Source: a virus (Duplodnaviria > Caudoviricetes). Taken from it: DNA of 64,000 nucleotides. The stretch lies in the IMG/VR virus record IMGVR_UViG_3300031857_000014. One strand, written 5' to 3'. The position numbers were made by a program, and so were the translations under genes. This document shows positions 51,079-58,025 of this stretch, one piece after another; the first letter of the stretch is position 1; each line of letters opens with the position of its first letter. The notes beneath the pieces are model-generated. The model was not told the origin of the DNA, ran no database searches, and saw only the letters and a list, made by a program, of their open reading frames with translations.

Positions 51079-51212
51079 TAAGGGTTGAACGGGGAATGAA
51101 GATAATATAGATACCTGTTGGTGGGTGGGCTATATCTTCGGAGTTGAAACTAACGTTAGTAATGCCGTTCATAAAAGAAGTTGTCCACTCGACCATCCTC
51201 TTCTTTCCCTTA
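51079..51212 (+). ncRNA. unassigned structured RNA (~134 nt)
   Basis: Nested helices TAAGGG/CCCTTA, TGAACGG/CCGTTCA, GAAGAT..ATAG/CTATATCTTC, AAAGAAG/CTTCTTT. Confidence 0.6.
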
Positions 51213-51217
51213 TTTTT

Positions 51218-51289
51218 GGTCTTGTAGTTAATCGGCTATAATATCCCCCTGTCACGGGGAAGTGCCGGGTTCGATTCCCGGTGAGACCG
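51218..51289 (+). tRNA. trnD: tRNA-Asp(GUC)
   Basis: TCCCC-CTGTCAC-GGGGA, CCGGG-TTCGATT-CCCGG, G discriminator. Confidence 0.93.
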
Positions 51290-51419
51290 CAAAAATGTAT
51301 CCGCAGGCCACGGAGTCGTAGTTCCTCTTCCTCCTCTGATATAAAAATCATGAAAGAGTCAGATCGTAAGCTGAATAGGTTGGCAACTTTCCTACTGACA
51401 TAGAATAAAAGTTGCAAAC

Positions 51420-51539
51420 AGTCAGGTGGCGGAATTTCTAAGCATGACGAATAGTTTTATACTACGAGGATGATTGCAGAGAATTGGTTATGGCCCGCTC
51501 AGTAATGAGAAAGCACAGGTTCGAATCCTGTCCTGACTA
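51420..51539 (+). ncRNA. tRNA-shaped RNA with an expanded D arm and no anticodon loop
   Basis: AGTCAGG/CCTGACT+A acceptor, ACAGG-TTCGAAT-CCTGT T arm, GCGG/CCGC D stem around a 62-nt loop, and a GTAA-capped mini hairpin in place of the anticodon arm. Confidence 0.75.
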
Positions 51540-51657
51540 CTGATTCAGTTTGCCCGGGGTAACGGATTGATAGGGAAACCTTACAATCTTCTGTAATCAA
51601 AATCCAAACATTGTCTCACTGGTGTTTGGGCTAAATGTGAGAAAAAAACGGGAACAT

Positions 51658-51729
51658 GCCGCCATGGTCAAGGGGTTAAGACGTGTCCCTTTCACGGACA
51701 AATCACGGGTTCGATTCCCGTTGGTGGTA
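51658..51729 (+). tRNA. trnE: tRNA-Glu(UUC)
   Basis: TGTCC-CTTTCAC-GGACA, ACGGG-TTCGATT-CCCGT. Confidence 0.92.
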
Positions 51730-51735
51730 CTTTCC

Positions 51736-51835
51736 GGTGAGCAGAAGACGAAAGACAACACATCGTATATGTGGCCACATTGCGATTGAATCAAGTAGAC
51801 ATACAGAAAGGATTAGCTACCCTTTCCGCTCACCA
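51736..51835 (+). ncRNA. unassigned 100-nt RNA closed by a 7-bp acceptor-like stem
   Basis: GGTGAGC/GCTCACC+A, internal GAAAGG...CCTTTC hairpin, no TTCRA loop. Confidence 0.5.
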
Positions 51836-51839
51836 ATAT

Positions 51840-51913
51840 GGACCTATAGCTCAGCAGGTTAGAGCAATTGACTCATAATCAATAGGTGCTTGGTTCGAAC
51901 CCAAGTGGGTCCA
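51840..51913 (+). tRNA. tRNA with CAU anticodon, Ile2 (lysidine type) or elongator Met
   Basis: GGACCTA/TGGGTCC, ATTGA-CTCATAA-TCAAT. G1-C72 paired, so not an initiator; the acceptor resembles Ile2 tRNAs. Confidence 0.9.
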
Positions 51914-51949
51914 CAACTTTTTAAGTATTTATTTAAAAAGAAGGTCATT

Positions 51950-52411
51950 ATGAAAAAATTCACAACACTTCATGGTGTACCAATTGATAATCTTATTGGT
52001 TACATAAAAGAGTATATTTCAACTAAAGAAAATGTTGAAATTTTAATTGGTTCAGATTCACAATGTTTCAGAAATACAAAAACAACATATGGTGTTGTAA
52101 TTGCACTTTATTCAAAAGGAAAAGGGTGTCATGTATTATGTAGTAAAGAAACAACTCCAATTGAAAGAAATACTGCGACAAGATTATTAACGGAAGTTTG
52201 GAAATCAGTAGAAATTGCTGAGTATCTTAGAAGCAACGATTTACCAAAACCAACATGGATTGATATTGACTTGAATCCGGATCCAAGATATAAATCAAAT
52301 CAAGTATTAAGACAAGCAATCGGATTAGTTGAAGGTATGGGTTATAATGTTAGATATAAACATAATGGTGCAATTATGACCTATGCTGCTAACAATCTTG
52401 TTAGATTGTGA
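51950..52411 (+). CDS. RNase H-like YkuK-family protein
   Basis: ILIGSDSQ, YGVVIALY..GKGCHV, RLLTEVWKSVE, IDIDLN, AANNLVR. Start at 51950. Confidence 0.8.
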   Translation: MKKFTTLHGVPIDNLIGYIKEYISTKENVEILIGSDSQCFRNTKTTYGVVIALYSKGKGCHVLCSKETTPIERNTATRLLTEVWKSVEIAEYLRSNDLPKPTWIDIDLNPDPRYKSNQVLRQAIGLVEGMGYNVRYKHNGAIMTYAANNLVRL

Positions 52412-52442
52412 ATAACATGTGGATAACTAAAACAAAAAAAAT

Positions 52443-52510
52443 TTTGTTTGTAAAAAATCCCATCGTATATTTGTGAAACAATTCGGAATTAAACCACCGA
52501 AAAAGTTCTT
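52443..52510 (+). promoter_or_regulatory. Bacteroidota sigma70-type promoter P1 with hairpin and boxA-like element
   Basis: TTTG(52443)-N19-TATATTTG(52466), TTCGG/CCGAA hairpin, AAGTTCTT. Confidence 0.75.
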
Positions 52511-52542
52511 AAAAAAAAAGTTTAAAAAAAGTTTTACAAAAA

Positions 52543-52605
52543 TTTGGTTTTTTAAAAATTCCATCGTATCTTTGTAAAACAATCGGAAACGATAAAGTTC
52601 TTTGA
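52543..52605 (+). promoter_or_regulatory. Bacteroidota sigma70-type promoter P2 with hairpin and boxA-like element
   Basis: TTTG(52543)-N20-TATCTTTG(52567), ATCG-GAAA-CGAT, AAGTTCTTTGA. Confidence 0.8.
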
Positions 52606-52609
52606 ATAA

Positions 52610-53515
52610 AAATATTATCCATTTAGGATTCACAGTTTTAATCTTCGGATTATTTCTGAAGTTCTAATAAAAGATAATTGGGCGGTCTATAGTCCATTCA
52701 CCTTCGGGTGACAGATACCTTCGGGTATTTGAAAATAAACTATGAAAGTAGTATAAAGTGACTTACTTTGGTTGAAGTAGGTTGCGGTTCTCGAAAGAGA
52801 ACTCGAGTAGACAAGCGAGATATCATTTAATCTTGAGTACTGAGGGTGACACTGTAGGGAAAGTGGTTGAATGACTTGGCGATGTGGGTCGTCAGGTTGA
52901 GGTGGGAACACCAATAAGAATAACTCGTAGAATACATGCAAGAAATAAGGTCATCCTACTTTATAATTGCGTTGTTCAATATTAGAGTTGATTTAAAACC
53001 GAAAGGTATGATGATGTACAGATGGTGCTGTTATTATCCTTAATCTTTGTCCTACCAAGGACTTGATTATGAAGTTGACTTGAAATATGGAGACAGGGAT
53101 GTTTCAGAGGGTAGTTCAGTATTTTCTCGTTCAAAAGATGGGAGAACTGGTGACGGACCACTACCTTCAAAATCCACAAACCAAAACTTTTTGATTGTAT
53201 TCAAAAATATTAAATCAATAAAGAAAAAGTGTCCGTCAGTTGTCAGAAACAGGTGACTACACAGTCGTGAGGGGTTCACGGCCACAAAGGGTCTCAAGCC
53301 CGATGTGATTTTTAAGAAAGTTCTCTAATCCCGCAAGGATGAGTTGGGGTGGCAACCTCGAAGAGCAGCAAGTATTAAGAGAGTATTTGACAACTTTAGG
53401 ATTGGTTAATCTAATTGACCGTCACTGATTGGTACTACTCAAAAGGTAGTGGATAAGGGAAGAACAAATAATGTCCCCAAGTCAATCAATAGAACTTGTA
53501 ATCTCAGAGTTTCTT
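52610..53515 (+). ncRNA. large ornate non-coding RNA (~0.9 kb), GOLLD-like candidate
   Basis: No credible CDS, higher GC, cUUCGg hairpins (52698-52711, 52715-52728), GAAA/GCAA tetraloops, and 5'/3' end pairing AAGTTCTA(52659)/TAGAACTT(53490). Adjacent to the tRNA cluster. Family assignment untested. Confidence 0.75.
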
Positions 53516-53595
53516 TTAAAAAATTTGTTTCCTAGTTTAGTAAAACTATGGTGGTGGAGATAATGACTTCTTTATGCGGTCAGCCTCAAAATATG

Positions 53596-53623
53596 AAAGG
53601 ACTAGTAAACTAGTCCTTTTTTT
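53596..53623 (+). terminator. intrinsic terminator closing the ncRNA unit
   Basis: AAAGGACTAG-TAAA-CTAGTCCTTT followed by a T-tract. Confidence 0.85.
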
Positions 53624-53711
53624 ATTATACCACTTTTTTTTACCGGAAATTTTACTTATATTTATATTCAGTTAACGATTTTGTTAACTATAAACTAAAT
53701 AAAAATAAAAT

Positions 53712-54236
53712 ATGAAAAAAACAGTTTTCTTATTAGTTGCAACAATGTTAGCATTTACAACATTGTACGCACAAAAACAATCTGACATGTTTGTTAGTGG
53801 AACAGTATCGTTCACTAAAACTACAGATGTAGACGCATCTTATCAATTAAAACCAACTATCGGTTATTTTGTTACAAACAAACTTGCTGTTGGTGTACTT
53901 GGTGAAGTATCAAAATCAAGCACAGAAGAAGTATTGAATATCGGTGCTTTCGGAAGGTATCACTTTTTAACTGTTGGTAAAAATTGTCAAGTATTCTCAC
54001 AATTGAGTTTGGCTAACAATTCTACAACAGTTGCTGGTGTAAAAACATCCGGATTTGGTGCTAATTTAGGTCTTGGTTCAAACTATTTTGTTACCAAAAG
54101 ACTCGGTCTTACTATGGATTTAACCAATCTAATTACCTATTCAAATGTTGATTCTAAATCAACAATTAATATTGGTTTTGATGGTGTGGTAAACCCATTT
54201 GCAATTCCAAAATTTGGTGTTATTTATAATTTCTAA
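53712..54236 (+). CDS. small outer-membrane beta-barrel protein (Bacteroidota type, about 8 strands)
   Basis: Signal peptide ending LYA-Q, alternating amphipathic strands (IGYFVTNKLAVGV, GSNYFVTKRLGL), C-terminal Phe (GVIYNF). Confidence 0.85.
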   Translation: MKKTVFLLVATMLAFTTLYAQKQSDMFVSGTVSFTKTTDVDASYQLKPTIGYFVTNKLAVGVLGEVSKSSTEEVLNIGAFGRYHFLTVGKNCQVFSQLSLANNSTTVAGVKTSGFGANLGLGSNYFVTKRLGLTMDLTNLITYSNVDSKSTINIGFDGVVNPFAIPKFGVIYNF

Positions 54237-54257
54237 AAAAAATAACAAATATTATTT

Positions 54258-54286
54258 AATCCCCACAATAGTGGGGATTTTTTTTT
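54258..54286 (+). terminator. intrinsic terminator
   Basis: AATCCCCAC-AATA-GTGGGGATT followed by a T-tract. Confidence 0.85.
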
Positions 54287-54390
54287 GTCTAAACTTTTTG
54301 AGATTATTTTGAATAAAATAAAAATTGGTTCAAAATTTGATATAATTAAAATATTTAATATCTTGTTAACCTATTTATAATAAAGAACAT

Positions 54391-54942
54391 ATGAAAAATA
54401 TAACATTATTTTTATTTTTTTTAATAGGTTTTTTAAGTGTGAATGCACAAACCCCTGATACTGTTTGTTATCGTTCAAATAACTCAACATATCAAGTAAC
54501 AAATACACCGGGAAACACATATACTTGGACAGTCGCGTCACCTGGTGTTATTACAGGAGGACAAGGTACAAATGTGATTACAGTTAACTGGGGTTCAGCA
54601 AATCCTGGTTTAATTACAAATGCGGTTACAGTATTTCCAACAAGTGCTGAAGGTTGCGTAGGACCAACAGTATTATTAGATGTTTTTGTTTTAAACATTA
54701 TACCTACAGTAACACCGGTAGTGTTATGTGCAGATGCTGGTTGTGTTCCTTTAATTGGTTCACCATCGGGAGGAGTTTGGAGTGGATCCGGTGTTAGTGG
54801 TAATCAGTTCTGTCCTAATTTAGTTACTGCGGGTCAATACACCATAACATACACATATAGTTTGGCTGGATGTACGTTTACAGGTACGGGTACCGCAACT
54901 GTAAATCCATTACCAACAATAAGTCCTATACAACATGATTAA
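54391..54942 (+). CDS. exported Ig/PKD-like domain protein
   Basis: Signal peptide ending VNA-Q; TYTWTV...GGQGTNVITVNW; G.PSGGVWSG.GV..F.P...G.YTITYTY. Confidence 0.8.
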   Translation: MKNITLFLFFLIGFLSVNAQTPDTVCYRSNNSTYQVTNTPGNTYTWTVASPGVITGGQGTNVITVNWGSANPGLITNAVTVFPTSAEGCVGPTVLLDVFVLNIIPTVTPVVLCADAGCVPLIGSPSGGVWSGSGVSGNQFCPNLVTAGQYTITYTYSLAGCTFTGTGTATVNPLPTISPIQHD

Positions 54943-55502
54943 TGAAATGGATATTTTGTTTAATATATGTTTTACTGGGTTATGTCACATACGGACAACA
55001 AGAAATTGAATTATGTCCAGGTAATAGAAATACATTTACCTATTGGAGTAATTCATCTACATCAAATGGGGGTTGGTTATGGTTATTAAACCTTGACACA
55101 ATCTCAATAAACAGTAGTGTTAAAATAACATATCGAGACACCGGATTTTTTTTAATTACTGTTCATTATAAAGATGAATGTGGAGAACCTATTCGTTTTT
55201 ACAGAGTAAAAGTTAAAAAATGTCCCGAATCTGCAATATTTTTTCCAAACGCCTTTACACCAAATGGGGATGGATTAAATGATGGTTGGTCACCAATACC
55301 ATTTAAAATAATTGAAATGAAATGGAATGTGTGGAATCGTTATGGTCAAAAAGTATACGAAAGTAAATACATTGAAGACAAGTGGAATGGGTTATACAAA
55401 GAAACACCACAACCAATTGGTGGATATGTTTTTCAATGTTGGTGGAAAGGAATTGATGGTAAAACTGGATATAAAAAAGGAAATTTAATATTAATAAGAT
55501 GA
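54942..55502 (+). CDS. exported protein with a T9SS type B C-terminal domain (gliding-motility-associated CTD/CHU_C)
   Basis: IFFPNAFTPNGDGLNDGW...WNRYGQKVYES...WNG...G.YVF...KGNLILIR, the hallmark type B CTD. Confidence 0.92.
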   Translation: MKWIFCLIYVLLGYVTYGQQEIELCPGNRNTFTYWSNSSTSNGGWLWLLNLDTISINSSVKITYRDTGFFLITVHYKDECGEPIRFYRVKVKKCPESAIFFPNAFTPNGDGLNDGWSPIPFKIIEMKWNVWNRYGQKVYESKYIEDKWNGLYKETPQPIGGYVFQCWWKGIDGKTGYKKGNLILIR

Positions 55503-55645
55503 AAAAATATATAACACGAGCAATATTTTTAATTATTATTTTTTTCTTAGTGATGGTGTTTTCTGGATGTACAAAATATTATTCACCTGAAAAATATGCT
55601 AACCCAAAAAGAAAATATGAGGTAGAAAGGAGAAAAGTATATTAA
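55499..55645 (+). CDS. 48-aa lipoprotein, not in the ORF track
   Basis: Hand translation MKKYITRAIFLIIIFFLVMVFSG-CTKYYSPEKY...; lipobox FSG-C; fills the gap between coupled genes. Confidence 0.7.
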   Translation: MKKYITRAIFLIIIFFLVMVFSGCTKYYSPEKYANPKRKYEVERRKVY

Positions 55646-55646
55646 A

Positions 55647-57017
55647 ATGAGACAAATTATCACATTATTATTTACAATATTTTCAATTGCAGGTTATTCT
55701 CAATGTGGTAATACTGATTTTGAAACAGGGACATTTACTGGTTGGTCCGGTAAATTAGGAACTTGTTGTCCAATTAATCTTCCAAATAATGGTATTGTAA
55801 ATGGGAGACAAACAATAATGACACAAGGAATTGATCCTCACTCATGCGGTGGTTTAAGAACTGTTTATCAAGGTACATATTCCGCTAGATTAGGTAATGA
55901 TAGAATTGGTGCACAAGCTGAAGGGTTGTCATATACATTAACAATAACACCAGCATCAACAATAATAAGGTATGCGTATGCTGTTATATTTCAAGATCCG
56001 AACCACGCAACTGCAGACCAACCCCGGTTTCAATCGAGAGTTAGATTAGCAAATGGTTCGATAATACCTTGTACTGATTATACTGTTACCGCAGCATCAG
56101 ATTTACCTGGATTTCAATATTGCTCACCAACACCACCTGATACGACATTTATCGCGTGGAGAGATTGGACTGAAGTTGCTGTTGATTTAAGTGCATATGT
56201 TGGACAAACAGTTACACTTGAATTTGAAACTGGTGATTGTAGATTAAGAGGTCATTATGGTTATGCGTATATCGACGCAGTACAATGTGGTCAATCAAAT
56301 ACACATGTGACTTATTGTGAAGGTGATGACTCATTAACTATAAATGCAATGGGTGGATTTGCAAATTATGAATGGGAAACAGGTGATACCACACAACAAA
56401 TAACAATAAATCCAAACTTATATGATACTATAACGTGTACTGTAACAACATTTTTAGGTTGTGAATTAACATTATATTATATATTAGACATGGCACCAGG
56501 GTACCCTAATTTTATTTACAGTCCAAATTGTTCGGGATTAGTTCAATTCACAAATACAAGTACCGCATCATATACACCAATAAATTATTTGTGGACATTT
56601 CCTGATGGTACAACATCAACTTTAGAAAACCCAACACACATTTTTAGTCCAGGTATTCATAGTGTTAACTTACAAATTTCTTCTAATTTAGGTTGTGGTA
56701 GAGATACCACTATTTTGATAGAAATATATCCAACACCTGTACCTAATTTTTCCGCACCTAATGTTTGTTTAGGTGTTCCAACACCGTTTACAAATTTATC
56801 AACTCAAACCCTTGGGTATCCGGTAAGTTATTTGTGGGGTTTTGGTGATAATTCCACATCAACAAATACAAATCCAATTCACCTTTATAATAACTCTGGC
56901 ACATATTTGGTTACATTATATGCTGCAACAACAGGAACAGGATGTATGGATAGTATAACAGGACAAATAACTGTTTATCAAAATCCAATCATTATTGGTC
57001 CAATAATATCAAATTAA
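55647..57017 (+). CDS. exported protein with an N-terminal beta-sandwich domain and two PKD domains
   Basis: Signal peptide ending GYS-Q; DFETGTFTGW, SARLGN, YAYAVIFQDP.H; YLWTFPDGTTSTLENPTH.F and YLWGFGD..ST.TNPIH.Y..SGTY.V.L. Confidence 0.85.
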   Translation: MRQIITLLFTIFSIAGYSQCGNTDFETGTFTGWSGKLGTCCPINLPNNGIVNGRQTIMTQGIDPHSCGGLRTVYQGTYSARLGNDRIGAQAEGLSYTLTITPASTIIRYAYAVIFQDPNHATADQPRFQSRVRLANGSIIPCTDYTVTAASDLPGFQYCSPTPPDTTFIAWRDWTEVAVDLSAYVGQTVTLEFETGDCRLRGHYGYAYIDAVQCGQSNTHVTYCEGDDSLTINAMGGFANYEWETGDTTQQITINPNLYDTITCTVTTFLGCELTLYYILDMAPGYPNFIYSPNCSGLVQFTNTSTASYTPINYLWTFPDGTTSTLENPTHIFSPGIHSVNLQISSNLGCGRDTTILIEIYPTPVPNFSAPNVCLGVPTPFTNLSTQTLGYPVSYLWGFGDNSTSTNTNPIHLYNNSGTYLVTLYAATTGTGCMDSITGQITVYQNPIIIGPIISN

Positions 57018-58015
57018 TGAAACAATACTTAATAATTTTCTTTTTACTGTTTTCTAACTTTTTATATTCTCAATGTAAAGATGTGTATAGTGTTCAAATA
57101 GATTGTCCAACAGAACAGGATAGTTTAGTACTATACAATAACGCATTGAAAGTGTATGATTTTTATGATAATAATAAATCATATGAAAAAACAAGAACAA
57201 GAGAATTAACATCAGATTTTGATAAAAGAAACATATTTGAAGATTTAACAACGGCTAGAAGATTATTTTTTGTTATAAGAAGAGAAGTCGCTAAAATAAA
57301 AGAAACAGAAAAAAAATTTATTGCGGGTAAAACAAGCCCAAAATATGTTGACATTAATTACAAAGAATATTATCAAGAAGTTGATGAATATAGATTCTAT
57401 CAAAGAGAAATAGAAAGTCAAATAGTGAATAAATCCGCACCAATTGCAATTTATGATAATAGAATTGCACCAATTATTGTAAATGAATATCACTGTATTG
57501 ACTCAACAAGCCCTTATTTTGGTGATTTAGTAAACATACCATTATATATTCCTGTGACTGTTAAACCTTTTATGTTATTAACAGAATCAGAGTTAATTAT
57601 TCGTAATGATATTTTAAAAAAAATTGACCCTAACTACATACCAAAAAATATGAACAAACCACTAATAGATACAATGACTATTAGAGAAACAATAACCAAA
57701 ATAACAAATACTGAAGACAATAAAAAAAGAGTAATTATTAAAGATACAGTAATTAAAAAAGACAATATAAGAATAAAACAACCAGAAATACAATTAAGTT
57801 GTACATTCCCTATTCCTGTTTATGCATTTAATCCTATGAGAGGGGGAACGTTGGTTGGATTTGTTTGCGATAAATATTTTATAAAAATAAAACCATCACA
57901 ATACAACTATTATGCTGTACCTAAATGGGCTCAAGACATATTAGAAAATAAAAAAGATTTAAATAATCTCCTAAAAAACAAATTTGGTGATTATTTATTA
58001 GGCGTGATAGAATAA
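57017..58015 (+). CDS. exported hypothetical protein
   Basis: Signal peptide ending LYS-Q; 332 aa. Confidence 0.75.
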   Translation: MKQYLIIFFLLFSNFLYSQCKDVYSVQIDCPTEQDSLVLYNNALKVYDFYDNNKSYEKTRTRELTSDFDKRNIFEDLTTARRLFFVIRREVAKIKETEKKFIAGKTSPKYVDINYKEYYQEVDEYRFYQREIESQIVNKSAPIAIYDNRIAPIIVNEYHCIDSTSPYFGDLVNIPLYIPVTVKPFMLLTESELIIRNDILKKIDPNYIPKNMNKPLIDTMTIRETITKITNTEDNKKRVIIKDTVIKKDNIRIKQPEIQLSCTFPIPVYAFNPMRGGTLVGFVCDKYFIKIKPSQYNYYAVPKWAQDILENKKDLNNLLKNKFGDYLLGVIE

Positions 58016-58025
58016 AATAAAAATT

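Noticed and set aside
51604-51650. preQ1-I riboswitch
   Set aside because: The pseudoknot and A-tract are similar in outline, but the conserved ligand-binding loop sequence is absent and no regulated CDS follows.
51169-51794. Minus-strand ORFs across the tRNA cluster
   Set aside because: They are antisense to tRNAs and structured RNAs, with no start context or recognisable motifs.
52687-53297. Short ORFs listed inside the large ncRNA
   Set aside because: They are short, occur on both strands, have atypical composition and overlap dense hairpins, so they are treated as spurious.
52610-53515. rRNA fragment or RNase P RNA
   Set aside because: I found no universal 16S/23S signatures and no RNase P GAGGAAAGUCC-type motif.
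53712-54236. OMP as the PorP/SprF partner of the type B CTD protein
   Set aside because: At 174 aa it is too small for the larger PorP/SprF-type barrels. It is kept only as a generic small OMP.
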